Source: Narcine bancroftii
Lineage: Eukaryota
Reading direction: 5' to 3'
Length of the DNA stretch: 64,000 bases
Assembly (NCBI RefSeq): GCF_036971445.1
Contig: NC_091473.1
Span: 205,220,001-205,284,000 of the forward strand
The notes beneath the pieces are model-generated. The model had not been told where the DNA came from. It saw only the letters and a list, made by a program, of their open reading frames with translations, and did not search any database. Of the stretch, positions 1-9,952 are shown in pieces (the first letter of the stretch is position 1; each line of letters begins with the position of its first letter). The position numbers and the translations under genes were made by a program.

Positions 1-24
1 TGATAATGGCGGCGCGGGTAGGGC

Positions 25-480
25 AAGAGCGTGGCCACACATTCATGAGTGCATATGGCATAGAGTAGGGGACAAAGCAGGCATTGATGCGTGGTTCTGA
101 TCATCGTAGAGGAGGTGATGTTGCCGATGAGCACTGTTGGGGGCTTCCAATGAGGATGTCACAGATCCAGTAACAGATGGCTGGACAAAGTACCGGATCC
201 TTTAGATTGGTCTTCCGCTTTGCAACTGTGTGGGCGTTGAACGCCGGGCATTAGTCCTTGAACAGCAAACCCACCATGGTATTTCAGCGGTATAGGTGAT
301 TTAATAAAGAGTGGACCGTCAACGGTAGCGGTGGGGGTGGGGGTCGGTCGTCACTTGTGGCGACGGGCGATGGGCGAATTGAAGTGTGTCCAGTTCCTTC
401 AAGTGATAGGTGTTAATGCGCTCGATAACCAAACGGCGAAAACATTTCCTCCAAGTCCGTTAACTTGCTCCTGATGGGCA
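25..480 (-). mobile_element. Degraded Rex1/Babar-type non-LTR retrotransposon RT fragment (second copy ~10243-10700)
   Basis: Minus-strand translation of the copy (IGNITSSTM...LLCPLLYAICTHECVA) resembles the RT motif IGNITSSTL..NTGAPQGCVLSPLLYSLYTHDCV. Confidence 0.65.
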
Positions 481-1094
481 ACAGGAGAGAGCAACGTGGA
501 AGCAAAATCTCATAGAAATGCTGGAGCAACACAGCCGGTGCTGCAGAACCCAAAAGGAGGGAAAGATACCTCACCGATATTTCGGGTCTGAGTCCTTCTT
601 CAATGAATAAGAAAATCTCCTGAATGTGTTAAAATTAAGACTGCAGACTGACCGGTTTTGTTGGGGGGGTGGGGGGGGGGGTGGTGAGGGAGAGGGGCAG
701 TTCAAAGCGACAGTTGATAATTGGCTATGGAAGGTAAAGAGATGAGAATTGATTTTGTTTCTGTCAACGGGGACAGAGGGAAACTCACATAGACCGAGAC
801 ACAGAATGNNNNNNNNNNNNNNNNNNNNNNNNNNNNNNNNNNNNNNNNNNNNNNNNNNNNNNNNNNNNNNNNNNNNNNNNNNNNNNNNNNNNNNNNNNNN
901 NNNNNNNNNNNNNNNNNNNNNNNNNNNNNNNNNNNNNNNNNNNNNNNNNNNNNNNNNNNNNNNNNNNNNNNNNNNNNNNNNNNNNNNNNNNNNNNNNNNN
1001 NNNNNNNNNNNNNNNNNNNNGGGAGAGAGAGGGCCGCGGGGAAATGCAAAAGTGGGAAGAATTAATTGTTTATCCTGACTTCTCCCCCTTTCAG

Positions 1095-1433
1095 TTGTTT
1101 GCTGATTTTGTGGACCGATCCACTTGGCGAACCTCTGACTGATTGGGTAGCTTGCGTCCCTCCCGGTTCAGCGCAATTTCTCGCATATTACATTCATTGC
1201 GTGTTTCGTTCAGACACAAATTGAAATATCGTGGCCCATATATTAAATGCTTAAAAATTATAACCGAGACGACGTGGTTCTGCCTCACGTTTGACTGGAC
1301 AGGATGACGTTAGAGAAAAGGGGCTGGATATTTCACCTCAATACGTCGAAAACGTTTGTAGCGGACTTGATGGTTTATCTCAGGGCGGTGTGGCTCACGC
1401 TGTTCTTTGGAAATAGCTGGACGCACAAATCGT
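1095..1433 (+). pseudogene. Degenerate TCR V pseudogene (family B) with RSS
   Basis: FR3 remnant (gacaggatgacgttagagaaaaggggctggatatttcacctcaat) is homologous to the other family-B Vs. RSS: cacgctg (1396-1402), 22 nt, acaaatcgt (1425-1433). Confidence 0.7.
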
Positions 1434-1662
1434 ATGTGGTTTGAAATGAAACGCGAGAAAGAGGATGCTAGAGCACGTGAGGGATTGCTTAATGTTGAAC
1501 AGGTGAAAATGTGAGACAGAGTGAGCGTCAAGAATAGAACGAAAGAAGGAGAAAGGGGGAGAGGGAGGAGATTAAAAAAAGGGTAGATGCGGGGAGTGAA
1601 CAGGTAGAGGGTTCGTGAAGCGAGGGGAACGCGATGCAAACTGTCTTCACTAACGCGTTCTA

Positions 1663-1692
1663 ATTGGTTGGATAATGACCACACCAACCAAT
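1663..1692 (+). promoter_or_regulatory. Inverted CCAAT-box dyad in the putative V promoter (homologues precede every distal leader on the + strand)
   Basis: ATTGGTTGG-12 nt-CCAACCAAT, ~120 nt upstream of the leader ATG at 1813. Homologues at ~6786-6817, 8926-8955, 11875-11904, 17006-17038, 19135-19167, 20441-20470 and 22851-22882. Confidence 0.55.
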
Positions 1693-1812
1693 CCTGTATG
1701 ATGGAAACACTCTGATATATGTCCAAAGTGTTAGACCGCTCATAACATCGCCCCACCAATTGTACTGCGGTAACATAAGGAAACCTTCGTTGATGATCTT
1801 AATCCACATACC

Positions 1813-2616
1813 ATGTTCTTCGTGAATGGTTTGGTGATTCTTTGGGCCGTTCTGACTAGTGAGCATGTCTGACTGGTCAGCGACTTCTGCCCATTGTCCT
1901 CTCTCTACAAATCTCTAGCTTTAAACTAATTAAAGACGGACAAATTCCCCAACTTCCTTTGCTCTTCCTTGCACCTTCTTCCTCCGCTTACTCATTTACA
2001 CACTCTCTGTGTTTACTGAACTTCCTCGCGGTTTCACTGTCGCACTCCTTCCCCACCTCTCTCGCTCTTCGCCATTTTCGTACGAGGGAAACGGGGACAC
2101 ATACAGAGTTTCTGCTGCTCCCGACGTGGGTACGCAACCTGATACCTCCGAATTTAGACCGGTCATCATGTTCCTACTGATTTGTTGGCTGATTATATGC
2201 ACCGTTCCGCCTGTGGAGACTAACTGGTCAACTAGTGCCGCGCGGGTTCAGTGCCATCCAGCGGCGTTCACACATTTTGTTTTGTTCCAGGGGCGAGGGC
2301 AAAGGATTCGGTGACACAAAGCCCGCCGCAAATGTTAGTGGATAAAGGGCAGATCGTATCAATGAAATGTAGTTACTTGATTAGCCCCGACACTAATTTT
2401 TGGTACATTCAATATCCCGGAGAATCTCCAAAATATTTGGCGAAAATCTACACGTCCCGAATCGTGGTTCAGACTCACGATTGTCCTGAGAAAATAACGC
2501 GTTATTTGGTGAAAAAGGTAATGAAATCCCACCTCAACATCTCTGAAAGCCTTGTGGCGGAATCCGTCGTGTATCTCACGCAGCTGCCAATGGGCTGGCA
2601 GATCCACACAAAAAAC
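1813..2616 (+). pseudogene. TCR alpha/delta-like V segment (family A) lacking the second conserved Cys: leader 1813-1858, V exon 2291-2576, RSS 2577-2616
   Basis: Leader MFFVNGLVILWAVLT followed by gtgagc; acceptor tttgttccag. The V exon reads DSVTQ..MKCSY..FWYIQYPGESPKYL..SHLNISESLVAESVVY then runs straight into heptamer cacgcag, 24 nt, acaaaaaac. The CAV codons are missing. Confidence 0.85.
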
Positions 2617-2919
2617 CGAACCTCATGGAATTTAATCGGACACTGTGGCTCAGGGGCGCACCCGTCAACGGAATGGAAGCGACAGCGCGATCTACCTGAA
2701 GGGCCTGCTATAACGCGGAGTTGCAGGAGATTTGCCATTCTCTGAGCGTTTCTCTTTCTCTGAGTGCTCTTGGTCTGAATTGGAGGTTGGAAGTCAGAGG
2801 AGAGGGTGAAACAGATAGGTATTTGTCAGTATATTGTAGGAAAATGAAGCAATGTTCTTTAGATGGAAGGTGAGAAGTTTAAAAAAATCTTAGCCAGGCG
2901 GGTCGGTGGGACTAGCGAT

Positions 2920-3140
2920 CCCTCAAACCTGTTATTGCTAAAATGAACAACTAGCTCCTTGGTCTTGATGATATTAAAAACATAATTGTCGTTCTCGAAC
3001 CAGCCAAACTGGTTCTCGATCACTATCCTACATTCGGACTCATCGTTTCCATTTATTTGGGCAGCCCTGGTGGCGCCTTCAGCTAATTTGTAGATTGAGT
3101 TTGGGGTGAACTTGGCTGAACATCCATGAGTGAACATGGC
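2920..3140 (-). mobile_element. Rex1/Babar-type LINE RT fragment (copies ~13130-13350 and ~21690-21905)
   Basis: FTHGCSAKFTPNSIYKLAEGAT..INGNDESECR..IEN..W..DN..FNIIKTKELVVHF matches the YTHDC..KFADDTT..NDESEYR..LNVSKTKELVIDF RT consensus. Confidence 0.75.
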
Positions 3141-3499
3141 TAAGGTTGAAGGGAGGGAGAGATTGGCACTGCTCTCGAAAGATTAACTAAGTGGAAGACG
3201 GAGTCGACTCAAGGAAGGAAGTGAAAGAGAACAGGAGAAGCGGCGAGAGGGTGCAGGAAAACATGTGAAGATGAAGGAAAGGGATGAGCAAGAGTGAAGA
3301 AGAGAGAGACATCTGGTGTGTAAATATAGACAAGTAACACGTGGGAAAAAGAGTGAGAATGAGAACGGCCAAGATTAGTAACCAGATTTCATTGGTTCTA
3401 TCACTATTGTGAAGATGTGCGAGGAATGCGCCCTCCTGTGCCTCCTAGAGGATGGGCCGCTACTGACGCGATCCCACAGTCACATATCGGGCGAAGACG

Positions 3500-3983
3500 T
3501 TGAAAGATGCTTCTGTTCATATTCATCCTGGATTCCTTCCCATTCAGTGTTTTTCTGATTCTGTGGGCCGTTCTGCTTGGAGAACCTCTGTCTAATTTGT
3601 CAGCGCGTGTCCCTCCCGGCTCAGACTATTTCCTCGCAGATCTGCACTGCTTGCTTCTTTCCGAAACAAATGGGGAAATGCTGTGACACACGGACATGGC
3701 CGCGGTAAGACAAGAAGTGGCACTGACACTAGTAACCCGAGAGGTGTAACCTTATTTTTTGGAGGCGTTACAATTCCCGTGGACCGCGAGATCTTGGATA
3801 TAACATACTATTCAATGCGTTTCGGTCTCACGATCGTCCGGACAGGATGACGGTTCCTTTGGAGAAAAGGGCCTGGATATTCCACCTCAATGTTTCGAAA
3901 GCTGTTGAAGCGGACTTGGCCGTGTATCTCTGCGCGGTGCCGCTCACACTGTTCTTTGGAAATTGCGGAAATGCACAAAAGCT
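3500..3983 (+). pseudogene. TCR V pseudogene (family B) with mutated splice sites and a well-formed 23-RSS
   Basis: Leader remnant LILWAVLL with a mutated donor. FR3 reads RMTVPLEKRAWIFHLNVSKAVEADLAVYLCAV. RSS: cacactg (3945-3951), 23 nt, acaaaagct (3975-3983). Confidence 0.85.
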
Positions 3984-4049
3984 GATTCTGAAATCGGATG
4001 TGGGTGGAAACAAAACCGGAGACAGAGGACGCGAGACTCAGAGTGAGGC

Positions 4050-6322
4050 AGTCATATGGCAACTCGATCACACTCCCGCCACTCTCTGAGTGGAGGTTCC
4101 CCCTCAACCTTTCCCCTTTCACCATAAAGCGGTGTCCTCTTGTAGTTATCTCTCCAAATCTAAGTTGAAAGAGCCTACTCAATTTTACAGTGTCTACAAC
4201 TCTCTTAAATTAGTAAATCTCAATCAAGCATCCCCTTATTCCTCTACGCTACAAGTCCTAACCTGTGTAATCTTTCCCTGTAATTCAACTCCTGAATACT
4301 CGAAACATCGTAGCAAATCTCTCTGCAGTCTTTCAATCTTAAATATACCCTTCGTATAGTTTGGCGACCAGAAGAGCACACAGAACTCCTAATGTTCTCA
4401 TATTTTCTTTCTTTTTCAATCTTTTTATTATTATTATAGTAATTTATAAACACATACAGTTCAGAGATATAAAAAATACATAGTAAGTAATGAATTAATA
4501 CAGAGATATTAAACAATAATATTACAGAATAAAAATATATCATAAAGTTTTTTTTACATCAGTTTAAGGTGTGAACTATCTCTAAAAAAAAGATATAGTT
4601 AATAACAATATATGAAAAAAGAGAAAAAAATACCCCAAAAAAGAAGAAAAAACAAATCTGAATTAAAAAAACTTTAAAAAAAACTTTAAAAAAACTACAG
4701 ATATAGCTAAACCACGCCGATCACTCCGATCTCAACTTACAGCCCAATTATCATACATAATCATAGAAAGAAAACAGAGCCAGATCAACTCACCACAAAT
4801 GAAAATATTGAATAAATGGTCGCCAGGTTAACTCAAACTTAGAAGGGGATTCATACACAGAGTTTCTAATATTCTCTAAATTTAAACATAGTATAGTTTG
4901 GGTAAACCATTGGAAAACAGTGGGAGGATTAACCTCTTTCCAATTCAATAGTATAGATCTTCTAGCCATTAGTGTAAGAAAAGCAATCATACGATCCGCA
5001 GGAAGAGATAAATAAGTCAAATCTATCATAGGTGCAAAACATTCACTAATAGAGTTTAAAGTTGTTCATAGAGCTCATATGTCTAAAGATAAGCTCCATC
5101 GCTTTTATTCTCATATCGATCCTATATGTGATAAATGTCAATTGGAAATAGCTTCCCTTACACATATGTTTTGGTCCTGTCCCTCTTTACAGAATTATTG
5201 GAAGGAAATTTTTTCCATTATATCTACTGTTTTGAATATTGATTTACAACCACATCCCATTACTGCAATTTTTGGATTACCTATGATAGATTTGACTTAT
5301 TTATCTCATATTTTCTATACTCTTCTCGTAGCTAATTGCTATTTGTTCCCTATACACACTTTACACCTTCTTCACCAGATCGCAAATGTCCTCGAAAACC
5401 AAGGTTCCCTCTGCCTGTTATCTGTGCCTTTAATCGTGACAGGAACGGGCAAAATCTGCTCTCTCAAAATGTCTCATTTGAAGACCTTCCTCTGACTGAA
5501 CACATATTTGCCATTAAACAGATTATTCCAGTCCACTCTTCCTCGATCCTTTCTCATTTCCATAAATTGGCCTCTCACCAATTTATAATATTAACTCGAC
5601 GGTTAGACCTGTCCATATGCATAAGTAAATTGAAAATAAGGACATAAAGTATTGCATCAGCTCTCGTTGGCACCTATATATATTGATTAAGAAATCTTTC
5701 CTGAACACATTTGACAAACGTTAAGCCACCCAGCCCTTTTACCACATGGGGGTCCAGTCAATATATGGAAAATTAAAATCACCTACTATCCCAACTTTCT
5801 GTTTCTTACATCGGTCTGCTTACTCTTTTCATATTTGCACCGTCAATTCTCTTGGACTATTGTACGGTCTATAACACAACCCTTTCAGTGTGGCCGCATC
5901 ATACCCGTTGGTGAACTACATCCATATGGCCTCTGAGGACGAGGCCTGTCCTGTCTAATCTCACTCCTCCCCCTTTCACCCTCCCACATCATGTCTGAAA
6001 GAGAGAATCTAGTCCTACTGCTCCTGCAACCACGTCTCACTAAAGGCAATAACGTCGTGATTCCACGCCTGAAAACCGCCCGCCTTTGTGGCAATACTCG
6101 TTGCATTAAAATAAATAGAACATTTCTATCGTGTGCAAACCTTTGATTTCTGTCTATACACGCAGTCCTCACATGATATTTATCCACGTCCACCTCACTA
6201 TCAGCTCTCACAGTCTGGTTTTCCTCCCCCTACAAATCAAATTTAACCCTCCGGAACAGCATCAGCAAACCTGCCTGCAAGGATATAGGTCCCCTTCCAG
6301 TTCGGATACAAACCCCCTGTCG
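4050..6322 (-). mobile_element. Degraded CR1-type LINE with a nested L1 fragment; it abuts a 5'-truncated V (copy ~14266-16543)
   Basis: Minus-strand remnants LNYRERLHRLGL, GEITTRGHRFMVKGE and ENQGSL-type segments resemble the CR1 ORF2 copies at 58349-61081. Confidence 0.7.
4409..5303 (-). mobile_element. 5'-truncated, 5'-inverted L1 insertion with a 13-bp TSD
   Basis: TSD tctcatattttct at 4396-4408 and 5304-5316. 4409-5033 is the L1 3' end on the minus strand. 5034-5303 is the L1 ORF2 CCHC region (CDKC..LTHMFWSCP) on the plus strand. Confidence 0.85.
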
Positions 6323-6323
6323 G

Positions 6324-6524
6324 ATATATTTGCTGGAAAATCCGCAGCTCAGGGGTAGAGGGTCTGTCTCACTATTGGACGGACAGGATGCAGGGTTCCT
6401 TGGAGAAAAGGGGTCGGATATTCTAAGTCATTATCTCCGGAGATCTTGAAACAGACTTGGCCGTTTGTCTCTGTTCGGTGCGATTCACACGCTTCCTGGG
6501 ATATTGCGGAGGTACACAGGCTCA
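6324..6524 (+). pseudogene. 3' half of a TCR V relic with a degenerate RSS (copy ~16545-16743)
   Basis: atatatttgctggaaaatc...ggacaggatgcagggttccttggagaaaagg...gacttggccgtttgtctctgttcggtg is homologous to V FR2-FR3. It is followed by cacacgc, 23 nt, acaggctca. Confidence 0.65.
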
Positions 6525-6936
6525 TTCTGAGATGGGATGTGGTTAGAGAGAAAAGGGGAGAAAGAAGTGAATAAGCGTGTTGAGATTGAGAAAGGTTAAG
6601 CAGGTGAAAGAGTGAGACAGAGTGAGGTAGAACTGTAGAAAGAATGAAGGGGTGAGGCGGAGGAGTGAGGGAAAGCGAGGGAGGAGATACAAAGAGGGCA
6701 GGAGAAAGACGCGGGAAGTGGACATAGAGGGAGAAACTGAGCGAAGGACGGGGAACGAGATGGGGATTGTCTTATCAACTCAGTCTGGTTGGATCAATTA
6801 TGCCCACACGAACCAATCCTGTGTGAGGTAAACACTCTCATATCTGGCCCAAGCGTCATTTCGCTTAAAACATCGCCCCACCCTGGTACAGCGGTAACAC
6901 AGGGAAATCTTCGCTTTAGACCTTAATCCGTGTACC

Positions 6937-7571
6937 ATGACCCTCCTGAGTTGTTTGCTGATTCTGTGGGCCTTTCTGACTGGTGAGACTGTCTGATTGG
7001 TCAGCGACGTCTATCCATCGTCTTTTCTCTTTGTATCTCCAGCTTTAACCTCATGAAAATTGACAATTCCCCAAAATGTTGCTTCGGACTTGGAATCGCG
7101 CTTTTATATAATCGAGCATTTGTAAAATATTCTTCCTCCGATTTGAGTCCGGGCATCATTTTCCTACTGTGCTGTTGGCTGATGCTTTGCACCGTTCTGC
7201 CTGGTGAGAGTGATTGGTCAACAAGTGTCCAGTGGGATCAGCGCGATTAACACCTTCTGTTTTGTTCCAGGGGCGAGTGGGAACGACTCAGTTAGTCAAG
7301 ACCCCACGGAATTGGTGGTCTATGAAGGGCAGATCGTATCACTGTGCTGCAGTTACTCGAAGAGCCTAACGGCATATATTTGGTACATTCATCATCCTGG
7401 AAAATCTCCCAAATATCTGCTGAAAATCTACGCGTCAGGAGAGGCGTTTCCGTCTCCAGATTGTCCGGAGAGGATATCGGGTATATTGGAGAAAAAGAGT
7501 CAGAAATCCCACCTTAACATCTCTAAAAGCCTTGTAGAAGATTCCGCCGTGTATCTCTGTGCAGTGAAGCA
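6937..7571 (+). CDS. TCR alpha/delta-like V gene segment, potentially functional: leader 6937-6982, V exon 7271-7571
   Basis: 46-nt leader MTLLSCLLILWAFLT(G) with donor gtgaga and acceptor ttccag. Open V exon GASGNDSVSQ..SLCCSYS..WYIHHPGKSPKYLLKI..DSAVYLCAVK retains Cys-Trp-Cys and is followed by an RSS. Confidence 0.88.
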
Positions 7572-7610
7572 CACGGTGTTCCTGAGCAGTGGCAGATCCG
7601 TACAAAAAAC
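7572..7610 (+). promoter_or_regulatory. Recombination signal sequence (23-RSS)
   Basis: cacggtg, 23-nt spacer, acaaaaaac (consensus CACAGTG-23-ACAAAAACC). Confidence 0.9.
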
Positions 7611-8192
7611 GTAGCACACGAAATTTAATCGGACGCAGTTGGTCGGGGGCGCCTTCGATCACGGAATGGAAGCGGCAGCGCGACCTTCTTGGAGGGTCTG
7701 CAGGAACGTGGAGTGTGTTGAGATCTGCCCTCCTCTGATCGTTTCTCTCTCTCTGCGTGCTCTGTGTCTGAGGTGAGAGGTTGGAAGTCTTGAAGAAATA
7801 GACAGCTATTTGCTGGAATATTGTACTTAAACGATCGATTGTTGTTTAGATAGATGGGAGGGAGAGGTTATCACTACTCTCGAAAGGTTAAATAAGTGTA
7901 AGAGGGAGTCGAGTCGAAACAGAACGGGAGAAGCGGCGAGGGGGCCCAGCAAAACAAGAGGAGGTGATGGGAAGGGATGAGCGAGAGTGAAGAAGATAAA
8001 GACGTGGGGAGTGTAAATGTAGACAGCGAAACACGAGAGAATATGACTGAACATGAGAACAGCCAACATTAATAACTAGTTTCCATTGGTCCAGTAACTG
8101 CGCCCTATTGAGCCGATGTGCGAGGAGGGCGCCCTCCCGTGTATCCTAGAGGATGGGCCGCCACTGACGCGACCACCCAGTCTTCGACTAAA

Positions 8193-8680
8193 ATGTTGAA
8201 ATATTCGCTGTTTATCTTCATGCTGGTTTCGTCCCCATTCAGTTATTTGTTGATTCTGTGGGCCGTTCAGCTTGGTGAGCCTCTGACAGATTGGTCAGCG
8301 CGTGTCCCTACCGGCTCAGCGCAATTCTTCTCATATCTTGCACTGCGAGCTTCATTCCAGGAACAAAAGGGGGAATGTAGTAACACACGGAAATGTCTGC
8401 GGGACGTCAAGCAGAGTCACTGACACTACTTACCCCACAAGTGTTACCTTATATCTTTGGGACGTTAAAATCCCCGTGGATCGTCAAATCTTGGATATAA
8501 CATCCAGTTCGATGTGGTTCAGACTCATGATCGTCTGGACAGGATGACGGTTACATTGGAGAAAAGGGTCCGGATATTACATCTCAATATCTCGAAAGCT
8601 CTTGAAGCCGACTTGACCGTGTATATCTGTGCGGTGCGGCTCACGCTGTTCTTTGGAAATTGCGGTGACGCACAAAACCT
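8193..8680 (+). pseudogene. TCR V pseudogene (family B), frameshifted, with intact splice sites and 23-RSS
   Basis: Leader ..YLLILWAVQL(G) followed by gtgagc; acceptor at 8360; early stop and frameshifts. FR3 reads LHLNISKALEADLTVYICAVR. RSS: cacgctg (8642-8648), 23 nt, acaaaacct (8672-8680). Confidence 0.85.
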
Positions 8681-9084
8681 GATTCTGAAATCGGATTTGG
8701 GTCTAATCAAAACGGGAGGAAGAGGACGGGAGATCATGTTAGTGATTGGGAAAGGCCGAGCAGGTGAAAATGTTAGATAGAATGAGCTAGAGGAATAGAA
8801 TGAAAGAAGCGGAGAGAGGGAGCGAGGGAGGAGATAAAAAGACGGAAGACACTGGGACTGCACAGATAGAGGGAGAAACCGTGAAAGGAGAGCTCGATGA
8901 AGACTGTCTTCTCAACGCGGTCTTATTGGTTCACGAATGAGATCATCAACCAATCCTAGGTGAAGGAAACGCATTCATTTCTGACCCAGGGTGTTTGTCC
9001 GCTCATAACATCGACCGATCCGTATTTCCCTATGTTCAGCTGTAATACGGGGAAATCTTCGCCTTTGACCTTAATCCGCAGATC

Positions 9085-9293
9085 ATGGCTGTTGTGTGTT
9101 TTTTGCCGATTCTTTGGGTCGTTTTGACTGGTGAGCATGTCCGATATGTTACCATCCCCGGTAGTCCACGTGTTTTTAACTTTAACATTAGTAAAGTTAG
9201 ATGAGTTCCCCCCAAGAATCAAACTCCTTAGCTCTCCCTTCGTTTACTCGTTTACTCGTTCACTGTCTACGTACTGATCTACGTCGCGCGCCC

Positions 9294-9359
<66 letters not shown>

Positions 9360-9914
9360 CTCGCCATTCTAATGAGAGAGAAACAAGTCCAGTCTCCAAA
9401 AGACATTTTTCAGCATCCGACTTGAGTTTGCGACCTTGTGTCGGGCGAGCATTTAGAAAATTTCTTTCTTCCGAATTGAAGCGGAGCATCATGTTCCTCC
9501 TGAAGATTGGGCAGAATCTTAGGGCCGATCTGCCAGCTGAGACAGATTGGTCAACAAGTGTCGCGCGGGTGTAGTACGTTCCAGTGGTGTTCACTCATTC
9601 TGCTTTGTTCCAGGGGCCAGTGCGAATGATTCAGTGACACAAAGACCGCCGGAAATGATAGTCGATGAAGGGCAGTTTGTGGAACTGAACTGTAGTTACT
9701 CGAAGACAACCTACGCTTATTTTTGGTACATTCAACATCCCGGAGAATCTCCAAAATATTTGCTGAAAATCCAACGGTCAGGAGACGTGTTTCCTTCTCG
9801 CGATTGTCCTGAGAGGATATCGGGTTCCTTAGAGAAAACGAGCCAGAGATTCCACCTTAATATCTCACAAATCCGCGTGGATGATTCCGCCGTGTATCTC
9901 TGCGCCGTGGAGCT
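9085..9914 (+). CDS. TCR alpha/delta-like V gene segment, potentially functional: leader 9085-9130, V exon 9614-9914
   Basis: Leader MAVVCFLPILWVVLT(G) followed by gtgagc. Open V exon GASANDSVTQ..VELNCSYS..FWYIQHPGESPKYLLKI..FHLNISQIRVDDSAVYLCAVE. Confidence 0.9.
9297..9352. repeat. (CT)n microsatellite in the V intron (shorter in the copy at ~19516-19552)
   Basis: Seen directly in the sequence. Confidence 0.95.
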
Positions 9915-9952
9915 CACGCTGTTCCAGGGCGGCGGGGATCTGCACAAAAACT
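9915..9952 (+). promoter_or_regulatory. RSS with a 22-nt spacer
   Basis: cacgctg, 22 nt, acaaaaact. Confidence 0.85.

Noticed and set aside
809-1020. ORFs running through N blocks (also 11019-11231, 33233-33436, 48166-48791, 52824-52993)
   Set aside because: N-runs sit at homologous, repeat-flanked positions and look like masking; ORFs through them are meaningless.
6937-9952. Assignment as IgH, IgL or NARTCR-supporting V-delta segments
   Set aside because: The DSVTQ..V.EG..V.L.CSYS / WY.QHPG.SPKY / CAVx pattern fits TCR alpha/delta better. The segments have leaders and lack a CDR1 Cys, unlike NARTCR-supporting V-delta. Alpha versus delta cannot be resolved here.
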